Positions 47,467 through 64,000 of a stretch of 64,000 nucleotides of DNA are shown here, piece by piece. Every line of letters begins with the position of its first letter. Within the stretch, counting starts at the first letter, position 1. The stretch lies in assembly GCF_009914755.1 (NCBI RefSeq), contig NC_060939.1; one strand, written 5' to 3'. A program made the position numbers and the translations under genes. The notes under the pieces were generated by a model. The model was not told the DNA's origin. It ran no database searches and saw nothing but the letters and a program-made list of their open reading frames with translations. The stretch comes from the human T2T-CHM13v2.0 reference genome, Homo sapiens.

Positions 47467-48754
47467 ATAGAACTTGATTCTGTTTTACTAAGCGTAGATC
47501 TTTAGCAATGCTCATGCCATTAAATATTCTTTGAATATATGATCTTAAATGACCTCAGAATATTCCATTATATGGGTGTACTGTAATTTATTTTGACAAT
47601 GTCCCCATTGCTGTCCCTATGATAAATAACATGGCAGTGACTGTTTCAGTGTGCTTCTCTGTTGATTTCCCTGGGGTAAATTCCTGAAGCAGAATTATTG
47701 GTCAAAGGTCATGAACCTTTTAAAAGTGTTGGAGAGGTTCTGTCAAATGGATCTCCGGAGAAGGTGCCCTACTTCACACTCCCACTCATCCTGGAGCAGG
47801 GTGTCCATGCCCCTCTCCTGGGGCTGGGGATCAGGTTGTATCTCAAAGACACCCTATCTGCCAATAACTCTGTCTGTTGGCATTGGCACACAGGGTGTAT
47901 TTGAGATACAACCTGATCCCCAGCCCCGAGCTCTTCCTTGGGAAGACTCAGGGTACACAACAGCTGCGATTCAACATTTGACATTGAGGTTCTGTCCCAG
48001 CAAAGAAGGGCTGGACTTGTTCTGTGAGCCCTCCAGGATAATGCCCACAAGAACAGGGTGAAGATCTCCCTAAGGGTTATAGACTCCAAAGAATAGGTCT
48101 CTTCCTCCACCCTCCACCCCAGGCAGCAAGGTCTCTTCCCCAGCTCTGTTGAGACTGAAGTTCTCTGAGGTTCTCTAACCAGATGGCAGGTTAGAGCCCT
48201 GGACCTCCGAGAACCCTACCCCTGGGACAATTCTGTGAGCCGACCATCTGAACAGTCATTGTACAGTCATGGAACATTGAAAAATCTTGACTCCATAGAA
48301 GCTCACTAAATCTCTGTTTTCTTAGTTGTAAAATGGGCTTGTTATGAGGATTAAATTTGATTATATTTGTAAATCAATATAAATGTGTTTATATTAATGT
48401 GCTATTATATTATCAATAGCCATGTGTTAGTGTTGGTGTTAGTGTATTAGTGTATTAGTATGAAGCATGAGAAAACAGTATTGTGTAGCAGTTAGGAGCC
48501 AGGCTTTAGCGACAGACAGAACCAAGTTTGGTCTCCGGTCACACCCCCTGTACAGAAACAGTAACTTGTACAACAGAGGCATATGTGGGACTTGGGGAGA
48601 AGATTGCTGACATTTTTTAAAAATTTACAATCAGCTTCCTTTAGAACATTTGGCAGAGGCATTTTGTTTGTTCTTTAATTTTTATGTATGTTAAAGTAAT
48701 AAATGTGCAGAGGTCAGAAGGTCTAATAATACTCTACAGCCTGTAGCACTGCAA

Positions 48755-49168
48755 AGTGATGTGCTGGGGTTGGCTTGTATTGGCTCGTGAGAGCCTACTG
48801 GTAAAATTTTTAGGAATTTAGGAGTTTTGCAAGCTGGTTGTTAAACAGAGCCATTATTATAAATTACATTGAATAAACTTGCAATTAAGTTATAGTAAAA
48901 GCAGAAGTACTAAATATTAAAAATGTATTACTTCCCAATTATTTCACTATTATCTGTGTTCTTGAGGTTATCTGTGACTATTAAATTTGCATAGTGGAAA
49001 TATTCTATAATAGTGTGCTGAGAGCCTCTTCTATCTCTGTATTTGGTGGCATTAGCCTGAAATCAGTGATCGTGGGAATATTTACACCACCAAAATTGGC
49101 AAACGCTATGAATCAGGGCCTTTTTTTCTCTGGAGACCCAGTTGTTAAGCATCTACAGCCCACCACTG
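48755..49168. mobile_element. MER63B-like hAT-Blackjack element
   Basis: agtgatgtgctgg...ggctcgtgagagcc...atttacaccacc-aaaattggcaaacgcta...caccactg. Confidence 0.7.
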
Positions 49169-49442
49169 CCTAGAGCCACAATCCCTGTCCCGTCTTGTGA
49201 CACCCCTGCATTTCCTACTCTGGTTTTAGCTGTTTCTTTTTGCACTTACCCCCATATTTCTTAATTACATGCCTTTACCACTGCATCTTGATTTTCAAAT
49301 ATTAGACATGGCCTACTGGCTCCCTATTATGGAAAATGAGGCTCTAGCTTTTTTCCAGCTCTGTCTCCCTTCTTACTACGCACACATACACACTTTCCTC
49401 GCCTCTGTCTTCCCAGTACAGCATAGCACAATTCTTGCTTAA

Positions 49443-49840
<398 letters not shown>

Positions 49841-49929
49841 TACATTAGCTTTCTCAGACAACATGTTTTCTTGGAGTTAATAATTGCATTTTTAAATTTG
49901 TTTGATGTCTCTATAGAAAACTGGTTTTT

Positions 49930-50235
49930 GGCCAGGTGCAGTGGCTCACGCCTGTAATCCCAGCACTTTGGGAGGCCAAGGCCGGTGGATCACGAGGTCA
50001 GGAGATCGAGACCATCCTGGCTAACACGGTGAAACCCCGTCTCTACTAAAAATACAAAAAATTAGCCGGGCAAGGTGGCGGGCGCCTGTGGTCCCAGCTA
50101 CTCGGGAGGCTGAGGCAGGAGAATGGCGTGAACCCCGGGGGGCGGAGCTTGCAGTGAGCCGAGATCGCGCCACTGCACTCCAGCCTGGGAGACAGCGAGA
50201 CTCCGTCTCAAAAAAAAAAAAAAAAAAAGAAAAGA
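49930..50235 (+). mobile_element. AluY, Ye-lineage
   Basis: Diagnostic gaaccccggggggcggagc and gacagcgagactcc (2-nt deletion); CpG-rich; TSD gaaaa(c/g)tggtttt. Confidence 0.8.
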
Positions 50236-50898
50236 AAAGTGGTTTTCAAGCTTTTTTTTTAAGCAATGGAGCTCATCAGTCTCTAGAAAGACTTGTCTCC
50301 TTCCCGAGTGCAGGGCTCTGGCCACTCCTTCTTCTAAATAGGCTCCTCTCTGTTCTGAATAGGTTCCCGTGATGTTGCCTAACCTGCCCCTCCAGTGTAT
50401 CGCCCGTGGGCTGCTGGCTAGAAGCTCCTGTTATCTGATGGCCACCTATTGACTGGTTCGGTGCCTTTCAGATTTGCCTGGGCTGGGCTGGGTGCCAAAC
50501 ACTTAATGCACGCAGCTCTGCTCAGGGAACACTCCAATGCAGCTTTTGCGATCAGATGGAAGGAATGACTCTGTCAGAGAGTAAGTGAGCTGTGGAAGCA
50601 GATGATGCAGGGCCTGTCTGCCCATGAAAAGTCTGAGCTGCAGGAGGGGAGCTGGCTAACAATGACCAGTAGGGTTCAAGAACACTCGCTTTTGAGAATC
50701 ACACCTGTGTGGAAATCCCGGCTTTGCTTTCAGCTGCTTGACCTTGGGCAAGTAGCTTAACCTCTCTGGGCCTTAATTTCCTCATACCTAATTAACAGGG
50801 TTGTTTCCAGAGTTAAAGATAACCTGCGTAACCCTAATAAATCTGAGTCACATGTGACCCGCCTCTGCTTAGAGTCTCATTTTTTAAAAATCATATTC

Positions 50899-51515
<617 letters not shown>

Positions 51516-52407
51516 TAAAAAATTATATTCTAACAGCCCAAAAGTAATTTAAAATATATTCCAAACCTAACTGCATCTTTCATAGAATATTGAAAGGAAG
51601 CCCATTTGTAACTGATATCAACGCTCTCCAAATCCTTTTTCTCTATCCTCTAATTTTTCCACAACATACAACATCAGTGAAATTCTCCTGGGTCCAGCCT
51701 CTGAGGCTTTTTTCCCCCTCTCTTTCTCTGCCTCATTCTGCATCTTCCATACCACTACCATTTTCTCCAGTCCTGTTTTTTCCTCTACCCATCCTGCCAT
51801 GGCTCTGTTGCAAAAGATCAAACGATCTGGAAATGAGCCGATAGAGATGCAGGCAGGAAGTGGTGGGGAAGAGGTCACAGCAGGACACATACTCTGAAAT
51901 AACTCTTCTTCATCTCACTGGGAAGTGCCAGGCATGTGCAGTAGCAAGGGCTTGGCAGAAATTGGTTCTCCTCCTCCTTATTATTCTGATGAGGAATCTG
52001 AAGGAGACAGCGGTATAACCTCCTAGACTTCCCTCTTTTCTGACCACCTACCCACTGTTAGCAGATGGGCCGTAACTGGAGAAACTTCCTTGCCTCCTTT
52101 CCTCCAAACTCCCCAAAAAAGTAGCAGGAAAAAGACCTGAGAGATGGAAGTATAGCTTCTGCCTATTCCCCCTCCCTTCTCTGCCACCTTTGTAGCCGCT
52201 AAACATGGAACAGCTCTTCCACACCCATCCACGCCCCTTGTTCCATCCGTTTGTGGACTCACCCCCTCCCGGGAAGTCATGGACTGAGCACCTACTGGGT
52301 ACCAGACCTGTAAGGGGCTGGAGATTCAGAGACAAGGATGACACAGACTCTGTCCTCAGTTGCTCACAGACAAACAGAAACAAACTGCAAATCAGATCTG
52401 GTTGTGA

Positions 52408-52713
<306 letters not shown>

Positions 52714-53717
52714 TGGTTGTGTTATAATGGAGGGAAGCACAGAATGCTGTGAGAGCACAGAGGAAGAGATCTTCACCCACTAAGGGATCAGGGAAGACTT
52801 TCTGCAGGAGGTGTCATCTAAGCTGTACAATAATAAGTGCTGTCATATATTGAGCATTTACTGATATTCTCTTCACTAAGTGCTTTGCTAAGCATATTAG
52901 CTCACATAATCTTCACAACAATGCTAAAAAGTAGACATTGCTATTCTCATTTTAGAGAGGGGAAACCGAGGCTCAGAGAAGTTCATTAACTTTCCTAAGG
53001 CCACAACTTTCACTGCTAAAAATCAGCAGAGCTGTAATTCAAACACAGGCCTGTGTGACTCCGAAGACTATGCTTTCAACCACAGGGCACTGTGTACCGG
53101 TGTTCAAGATGTACACTGCAGAAGGACGCTCATTCATATCGTAGAGAGAATGGCTCGTGTAAGAGTATATAGGTGGACCCAGAGATTCAGGCCTCTCTGC
53201 TGACTCCCAGAGCAGCAGGAAAGAGCCTCCTCCTGATCCAAAGCTGACTGTGCCCTGGGGGAAGCAGGGAGTGTGGGCCCCAGGGAGAGTAGGTACACCC
53301 AGCATCTGAGCGTGCGTGAACGAGGCAGATCGTGGGCCTGTGTGTGTGCCACCAGGGCTGCTGCCCATCAGGCTGGTCACTCCAGTGGGTAGTAACAGCT
53401 TAACTTTAAACACTTTTACTTGATGCAGGGGCACCTTTTCCTCATTTGCAGAGGTGTATATGAACGAGCAGCAGCCTGTCCCACCATGGCTGTGTGGCCC
53501 CCCTGAACCATTCAGTCTTGGGGAGGACACAGCTGCAGAGCAGTGTGGCCCAGCCTGACTTGGCCCAGCAGGGCCCAAAGACAAAAATAAAACACAGGTG
53601 ATTCCTCAAGGACCTTCCAGTCCAGTTGAGAGGCCCAGAAAAAAGGTGCTCCATTCAAGGCCACCCCAGGGCCATCAAACTAATCTCCTTCTCTCTCTCT
53701 CTCTTTCTCCTCTGCAG

Positions 53718-53834
53718 ACAGGCAGGATTGAACCCAACTACCCCAAGGTCTGCGGCCACCAGGGCAATGTGCTGGATATCAAATGGAACCCCTTCATCGA
53801 CAACATCATTGCCTCGTGCTCGGAGGACACGTCG
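53718..53834 (+). CDS. CORO2B: Coronin-2B next coding exon (WD40 repeat, GH...WNPF motif), 39 codons, phase 0/0
   Basis: Translates to TGRIEPNYPKVCGHQGNVLDIKWNPFIDNIIASCSEDTS, continuing the previous exon in frame. Long CT tract and ctgcag acceptor at 53717, donor TCG|gtgagc at 53835. Confidence 0.97.
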
Positions 53835-54394
53835 GTGAGCAGAGGGGTGCTCCCGGAGGAGGGTGGGCTCAGGCCCCTCCCTGCTTCCTTTGGAGGCCTC
53901 TCTTCCTACCCTCCCCTCCTCCACCCTTTGCCCTTCTTCCCTCCTCTTTGTCATCTTTCCAGCAAGCCCCACGATGTGGGGGGGATGGGAGCTAGGAAAG
54001 AACCAAGGCAGCAAATCCCTGCTGGATTCCAGAGATCTGTGTTTTCAGTGTGATTGAGCTTGGAGGTGTTGCTTTTGTAGGTGAGAATTAGAATTTAAAA
54101 ATTAAGCGTGTGATTCAGCATTTGTCTATGCTGTCTAAAGAAGGGCAAGGGAAAGAATATGAACAAGGAGGGAGGGAGAAAAGGAAGGAACTGGATGGGC
54201 ATGAGGAAAAGAGCGCCTGTTCTTTGCAGGCTGGGCAGGGTAAATGTACCATCTGGTTTGTCCTCTCTGAGTCGTGGTTTCTAGGAAAGGAGACTTAGCT
54301 GAGAGAAGTGTCCTGATTTTTCCAAGGACCCACACAGGTGACCCAAAATTTGAACTCCATGTGTCCCACCATTCAATGAGAAGAGAGAAGAAAC

Positions 54395-55208
<814 letters not shown>

Positions 55209-55662
55209 CTACCAACTTTCACCAGTGGAGGTAGGGTCAGAGGGCGCTGGCAGTGGCCTTCCAGAGGGAGGGTCCCATAATGTGTTCCACACTGTCCCTG
55301 AGCAGCATCAGTACACCAGCTTGGAAGAAAGAGGAGATTTCAGAGCCTCAGCTGAGCTGGTGAGGAGGGCCTGGTGTTCCCAGATGAAGGAGGATCAGCC
55401 TAAGCCCCTGGTGTTCCCAGGCAAAGGAAAATCCCAGCCTTTTAGTCAGGCCACAAGCATCTACCTGGTGCTCACTGGCAGAGCCTGGGTACCGGTCAGA
55501 TTTTCAGGAATGTTGGAATGGGAAGGAACTTCAGAGCTCATGTCTCCCTGTCTTCCCAGACTGGACTGTGAGCTCCTGGGAGCAGAGACCACAGCCTATT
55601 TGGTTCTGCACCCCATGCATCCAGCACAGGGCCTGGTACCTAATAAATGCTTAGTAGGTGCT

Positions 55663-55955
55663 GGATGGGATCGATGGATGCATGGATGGATGGATGGATT
55701 GTGGATGGATGGATGGATGGATTGTTGGATGGATGGATTGTTGGATGGATAGATGGATGGATGGATTGTTGGATGGATGGATGGATGGATTGTTGGATGG
55801 ATGGATGGATGGATGGATGGATTGTTGGGTGTATGACTACATTGATGGATAGAGAGACGAATGAGTAAAATTGATGATGGATAGATGAATGAATGAAAGA
55901 ATGGATAAGTAAATAGATGACTGTATGACAGGTGGGTAGATGGATGAATGAAAGA
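55663..55955 (+). repeat. (GGAT)n microsatellite with recurring ggattgtt interruptions, at an L2 3' end
   Basis: Read directly; preceded by the L2 end ggactgtgagctcctgggagcagagacc...cagggcctggtacctaataaatgc. Confidence 0.93.
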
Positions 55956-58900
55956 TAAACACATGAACAAGTAAATTAATATAGTCCATCTAATCAGTTA
56001 TCCAAAGAAAGAAAGATTCACAGTAAATAGCCTCCATCAGTTCACACGCTGGGGGTGAGGTCAGCTGGCACAGTACCTAGTACATGGGAGAGTGGTGAGG
56101 AGGTGACTGGAAGGGTGGAGTGCACTTGACCAGCCCATAGTCCATCACAGAGGGCTCCTGAGAGTGGCAGCAGTGAAGGCAGTGCCCTTGGGAGCAGAGA
56201 GAGCAAGAGCCTATAGTGAAGATGGTCCATCAGGCTTCAGCAGCCCAGAACCAAATTAGGGACAGTGGTCAGGGGTCAGGACATAGGCAGGCCAGGGCTG
56301 CAGAAGGAAGGACACAGGTGCTGGAGCTGGGGGACACAGAGAGTTCACCGGTTGCTTCCTGGGCTGGGAAAGAGGCACAGGAGCTGGTGGAGGCTGGAGA
56401 GCCCAGTGGCCAGCACAAGAGGCCTGGGGTCAGTGGGAGAGAGGGCAGGTGGAGGTGCTGCCCATCCTTCTCTCCTGGGTTCAGGGAGCCCAAGAAGGAA
56501 TGCGGTGACCACAGCTGGCTCCGTCCCTGCCTGCTGAGGTGCTGGGAGAGTGGCGGGAAGGGCTGACCCCAGCTGGTGTCACCAGCCAGCAGGTAGTAGC
56601 CCCTGGAACTCAGGGCTGCTCCTCTACCCACTCTGGGATGGGCCTTTCACATACATTTAGCTCTTAGAGCCACTCCATGAGACAGGCACTGCCACCCCCA
56701 AACTGAGGGTTGGTAGGTAGGTCACAAGCCAGGAAGTAGAGGAGCAGGGATTTTACCTGGCCTGCTCGCTGCAAAGCCCATGCTCTGCCAAGCTTCCTCA
56801 TCACAGACAGCCAATGCTGTCTCCCAGTGGCTCATGTCTTACCCAGGGACCCAGCTAGGATAACAGATGAGCAGTGCCTGTCTTGATGTAGGGGGGACAA
56901 ATTAGACCAGGGCTCCTGGAATCACTGGCCACCCAGGTTCCTCCTCAGGTCTCAATTTCTCCTGCCTGGCTCATGGTGAGAAGGATCTGACCAGTCCTAG
57001 CTCGGCGTCTTATTTAACCTGATATGTGCCTCATGCTCCAGGACCCCAGCTTGTAAACAAGACATCCATGGTTTGTGTCCAAGAAAAACATAAGGCTGCA
57101 TCCCCGGCCACATGAGCCAAGAGACTCTGTTCAGTTTTGCACACACTGACTGACAGACCACGGTATGCCTTGCACCACCCTGGCTGCTGGGGTCCAAAGA
57201 GGGATCTGGTAGACCTGGGCTGGAATCTCAGCTTCACCATTTACCATCTGGGTGGCCAATGGAGTGTTACTTGGCCTCTCTGAGCCTCGGTTTTGCTCGT
57301 CTCTGAAACAGTAAGATACCTCCCTTTGGCTGTTGTGATGAGGATGAAGGTTAGCCTATGCCCAGTAGTATGCCTGTCCCTTCATCGATGCCTGCTCATC
57401 TCACTCTTGCTCTGGAAACACCCCTAGTAGAGGCGCAGAGGGGCAGGGCCCACCCCACCCACCAAAACGTGGTGCAGAATGAGGTCATTGCATCCACCAA
57501 GGTCAAGCAAAGGGCTATGCACACAGAGAAGAGAGAGAGAGATTAGTTTTGACCAAGGTGCAGAGAGGAGAAGAGGTAGTTAGCTGGACTTTGGAGAAGC
57601 AGGACATTGACAGACAGAAAAAGGGTTAGAGAAGGAGTCCCAGGAAGAGACCCAGTATATCCGGTGTGCTTGGCCTGGAGAGAATGCATATACAGTGCGC
57701 TTAGAAAAGGGAGAGTCATCTGGTGTGACTGGAGCCCTGGGGTGGTGGTCAGTGAGAGGAGCGGGCAGGAAGGGCAGCTGCGAAGGGCAGTTGGACCCAA
57801 GGAGAGAAGGCTTAGGGTTCAGGGTGAGCAGCCCAACTTTGCAGCGAGACTTGTGCTTCTCAAGCCATCTGAGCATCAGTGGACCCCACCGAGTGTGGTG
57901 CATGGGAGACACTACACGCTCCAGGGAACCAAGGGGACCTGTGTGGATGGAGGGGGTCACAGACAGATTTATGGAGGACATGGGGCCTGAACTAGCTGGA
58001 TACAGGTAGATCAGTGGAGAGAAGGGAAGAGCGGAGGGGTGTGGCTGGAGGAGTGAAGGGAAGGGACACGGGCTTGGGGCACAGGAAGGGAGGGGCTGGC
58101 CTGGGCTGCTGATCCAGAGACAAGGAGATTAAGTCTGGATCAGAGAGGAACTAAGCTCTCGCTCCAGCTGCCAGGCCAGCTGCCCCAGAAGTACAGCCCT
58201 GAACCGCATCTTACCCGGGTGTCCACCCCTCCCTGCCTTGGAGCTAGGGATCTTGGCAGTGGAACCAACAGGTTCCTGAGGCTGGATCCCAACCTCTCCT
58301 GAAGGACGTGCTCTGGGACCCTAAGGGAGGTGCCTTGCCCAAGGTCACACAGGGAGCCTTTGTCCTAGGAAGGTCCCCTGACTCCCAGTCTGCACTCTCA
58401 GCCCCTCACCAGTGGCCCTGGTTCTACAAGGGAGGAAACTGAGGCTCAGGGCCATGGTGGGCTGGGCTGACAGTTCAGATTCATCACGCTCAACATTTAC
58501 ATCACAGCGTCTGCTCTCCTCAGGGTCCAACCTGGGTGCTGGGGGAAAGCACAGGAGAGGCATCCCCCGCTGCAGCCTGGGAGGGGGTGGGGCGTAAAGG
58601 AAATGGAGTTTGCAGCTTCCAGGGGGTGGACAGGAGGTCAGCACTGCTGCCAGGGCCCTTCCCACGGCCTCCCTGCCTCCTTCAAAGCACCTGAGGCATC
58701 GGCCACCGAGGCCCTCCCTCCACCCATTCCAGCTGGAATGGTCAACTTGCTGCTCACCAGACACGACATCCAGACCCAGGCTTGGGAGGTCACTCGGCAA
58801 AGCTGCTGTGTGTGCCAGGCACTGTGCTACATACAGGGCTGGGGACGGCGCCAGGCCACAGGGGCCCAGAGGGAAGCTCTTCACAGCAGGTCTGGACCAG

Positions 58901-59874
58901 TTCCCCTGGTAGTGCCTGCCTGTTTCACCCCCAGCCCTCCACTTCCCTCTACTTGTCTCAAAACATTCAGAGGACACTGGTGGGATTTCACGAGCCCTGA
59001 TTTCCCCAGCTCCTTCCCCATATCCCCCAGCCCTGCAACCTCCAGTGAAATCAATCCCCGTCCCCCAGGATCCGTTTCCCCTCCCTGAGCAGGAGGAGGT
59101 CCTCTGGAGTCTATCCTCCATCCCGCCAGGGATCCAGCAGAACATACCCAGGCCCTTCCCCAGGGGCTTTGGGCCCGAGGGAGGGCTGGGGGCCATAACT
59201 CTCCCTGGCATCTGGCAGAATCCAGTTCTTTCCGCTGCTGGGTGATGTCACCTATTGTTGAAGGCTATGCTTTTTATAGCTTCTGCCGCAGCTAGGGAGG
59301 GCGGCTGGCAGGCGGCAGGGAAGGGCGCTATCGGTTTCCAAGCCTCGTGCTCCCAGCCCTTCTCCTGGGGCCAGCAGCCGCGGAGAGAGAGAGGTTTCTG
59401 TCATCTTAAGGAGAGGGAGAGAGCGATCCCAGGAGAGAGGGAGGAGGGAGAAGAGGCAGGCGCCTCTTGCTGGTGGGCCGAGCTCCACATCTTTCCTTTG
59501 CCTTTTATTCAAGCTCTTCCATCCTGTGTCTGCTCTCCTCACCCTGTAGATGATGCCCCTCCCTGAGGAGCTGGGGGCGGGATGGACAGGATGTCAGCCC
59601 TGCTGGAAGCCACCCACCACCCTGCCTCCTGCACACCCCCACCTCCCGAGCTCCGGAACCAATACCTCTTGGAGCTGGAAGGGAGTGATGCACTTTTGTA
59701 GAAGGAAGGTAGCCCTGAGGGGCCAGTGCGCTGAGTGGGTCTTCACTAATGATTTAGCAGCCACAGAGAAAGCAGCAGTATGGCTCCCTGGCTAAGCAGC
59801 CAGGCTCAGGAGTCCCTTAGGCCTAGGTTCAAATCCTGGCTCTGCCACTTCCAGGCTCTGCGATCTAGGACTAG

Positions 59875-60369
<495 letters not shown>

Positions 60370-60546
60370 TAGGACTAGTTTCTTTACCTCTGAGTACCAG
60401 TTGCCCTATTGTAAAATAGGAATCATCTCGGGCTCTGAGAACTAGATGAATATAAAAGTGTTTTGTGTCCCCTAAGAACTCCATAGACATTAACTGTTAC
60501 TTTCTTTTCCTTAAGTGAGGGCCCAAGAGTTTAAATAACTTGCCCA

Positions 60547-60650
60547 GGCCGGGCACGGTAGCTCACGCCTGTAATCCCAACACTTTGGGAGGCTGAGGTG
60601 GGTGGATCACCTGAGGTCAGCAGCTTGAGACCAGCGTGGCCAACATGATA
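60547..60650 (+). mobile_element. Truncated Alu left arm
   Basis: ggccgggcacggtagctc...ggccaacatg, then abrupt unique sequence. Confidence 0.85.
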
Positions 60651-61389
60651 AGCGGAAGGACAGATCATGTCCTCCTCAGGGGGTTGGGTCCAGCCCAGGG
60701 AAGAAGGAAAAATCAGGTACGGGCACGGGCAGGAGTGTGGAAGAGAGGAGGAGGGTAGTCTGCCTGATTCCAATTCTGAGTTTGAATCCCAGCTCCTCCT
60801 TTCCTAGCTGTGACACCTGGGCAAGTTTTCTCACCTCTGTGGGCCTCATTTCCTTATCTGTGCAAGGACAGTCTTTAGTAGTCATAATAATAATAGGTAG
60901 CACTTATTCTTTCATGCATCCAGCGCCACAACGACCACTTCATGCATCCTCTAGCAACCCCCTCCCAGGACTCACAGCAGTAGATGCTCAACAATGCTTC
61001 CTTCTGGGTCCTCAGTTCGCCCCTCCTACCTCCCTGGGTTTGGTGGGATTCGTTTCCCATATTGGCAAACAGTGAGTCCAGTGCTCAGAAGATGTCAGAA
61101 TCAAGGTAGATGTTGAGATTCTACCTCTTGTTTAGATGAATGATGATAAACTCAATTTTTAGAATGAACAGAATGATTGACAAGAAACGGGGAGGAGAGA
61201 GCTCCAGGAGCCTCCTGGCCCCTAAGCAAACACCTTCAGCTTTTCTCTTCACTGCAGGAGACATCACAGTTACTGTGCTCTTGGACCCAGGCACCATCTC
61301 TGTGGATTGGTTAGATGGAAATCTTGGAGCCAATGATTGTGTACTGTATACAGCTAAATTGGAGGCTTCTCAAGGGCAGAAACCATATC

Positions 61390-62160
<771 letters not shown>

Positions 62161-62497
62161 TGAACTCCAACTCCTCCTGTGAACTTCTATACCATATATA
62201 CAGACAGTGGGTACTGTCTGCTTGCTGTAGCTGTGTAATAAGCAGCAGGTCCCTTAAATGGAGAATTCTGCCCCTTAGGAACAGTGTCATCAGAGGAGCT
62301 AACAGCCCTAGCCCTAAGTCACTAGCAGTCATGACCCTCAACATGTCAGAAAGCAGAGATCTAACCAGACACCTCCATAATCATGTACGCGTTTTAAAGA
62401 TGAAGTTTATGCTGCATTCCATAAAATGGAAACAAACTTCATATCATATGTATTGACTACACAGCGGGCAACAAAGTGCACATGAAAAATATAACTT

Positions 62498-62870
<373 letters not shown>

Positions 62871-63781
62871 CTATAAAACTTGGGTATGATCCCTAATTAA
62901 TATTAGGTAAGCATCCTTAAGTGTTATTCTTTGGTCATCTGCTTGGTAGTGTATACATTTTATCTTTACTTAGTATTTATAGCAGCTCTGCTGTATGGGT
63001 ATAATTATCCTTACAGGTATGAAGACAGATGTTCGGAGAGGCTAAGAAACTTGGGGAAAATCTCACAGCCAATAAGGTCAGAGCCTGCATTCTAACAGAG
63101 CTGTCAGACCACAAAGCTTCTTGCTTGTTGGCCAGCTGCTCCCTCTCCCATGTGCAGGGACAGTTGGTTTTGTAGCTTTATTAACTGTCCTTATCAGCTG
63201 CCTTGCCTTTGCCTTGTCTGCAGTGTCTGCTGCCTCCCCAACAAGACTGACAGCTACTTGAGACTAAGAGCCGTTCCCCCGTATCTAATCTGTTTGGCAC
63301 ACAGAGGGGAGCTGGGTATGTTCTGTTGGGTTGAACATCACTGAATTAAACAAGGCTCTGACCCAGGGACCTGTAAAGGGGACAGTCCCCAGCAAGGCAG
63401 GCTTGCTGGAGAGAGTAGTTTTGCCACTTCTCCCCACCCTTTCCTTCCAGAAATCCGGTTTGGCAAACGCTACTGAGTTTCCTGTTGAATTGAAGTAACC
63501 TCCCAGAGCAACCTCTGAGCAGATCCACAGGGCTCCTCCCATGCCTTATCCACTCTGTTTTCAACAAATCCCTCGAATACTAAGGGATTGGAATTCCTTT
63601 CCCAGCTACTCAGGCCCACTGTGAACTCCAGCTCCTCCTCTGAGCTCTGTAGCATGTGGTGCCAACTGTTTGCTATAGCCATGGGTCAAGCAGAGCCCGT
63701 CTCCTTCTCCCAGTAATGTATTCAATGTCAAAGCAGAAAAGTTTGGAAGATTAACTAATACTATCTAAATGTGCAGATGAA

Positions 63782-64000
63782 GGCCAGGTACAGTGGATCT
63801 CACTTGAGGTCAGGAGTTCGAGACCAGCCTGGCCAACATGGCGAAACCTTATCTCTACTAAAAATACAAAAATTAGCTGGGCGTGGTGGTGGGCGCCTAT
63901 AATCCCAGTTACTCGGGAGGCTGAGGCAAGAAAATCCCTTGAACCCAGGGGATGGAGGTTTCAGTAAGCTGAGATCACATCACTTCACCCTAGCCTGGGC
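63782..64000 (+). mobile_element. Alu (AluS-like) with a left-arm deletion, running off the window
   Basis: ggccaggtacagtggatctcacttgaggtcagg lacks the tgtaatcccagcactttgggagg block. Confidence 0.88.

Noticed and set aside
53598-54053. 151-aa ORF containing the WD40 exon
   Set aside because: Only 53718-53834 is coronin-like and bounded by splice sites; the flanks are intronic.

Overview
Primate genomic DNA, almost certainly human (it contains an apparently undecayed AluYg6-type arm), from inside the coronin-2B gene (CORO2B), transcribed on the + strand. Only two coding exons are present. The 201-nt exon at 4060-4260 (MSWRPQYRSSKFRNVYGK...VIPLEQ) and the 117-nt exon at 53718-53834 (TGRIEPNYPKVCGHQGNVLDIKWNPF...SEDTS) are joined in phase 0 across a 49,457-nt GT-AG intron. 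The rest is intron rich in repeats: about 42 Alu copies or fragments, a near-full-length fossil Tigger2 transposon split by five Alus, hAT MITEs, MaLR LTRs, old L1/L2/MIR fragments and microsatellites. Nearly all other ORFs in the track are Alu-derived or chance ORFs. I found no RNA gene or CRISPR array and cannot support a wholly new biological system. The best leads are: a young AluYg6 arm nested in an older AluY (candidate polymorphism); a triplicated target site with two Alus; stop-free phase-0 exons flanked by inverted Alus (circRNA with an endless ORF); a candidate alternative upstream exon; an RFX/E-box element with a cryptic exon; a recursive-splice-like site; a CTCF motif; and an antisense TATA box followed by a 288-codon ORF. 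Repeat subfamily names come from recalled consensus sequences and repeat boundaries are approximate.
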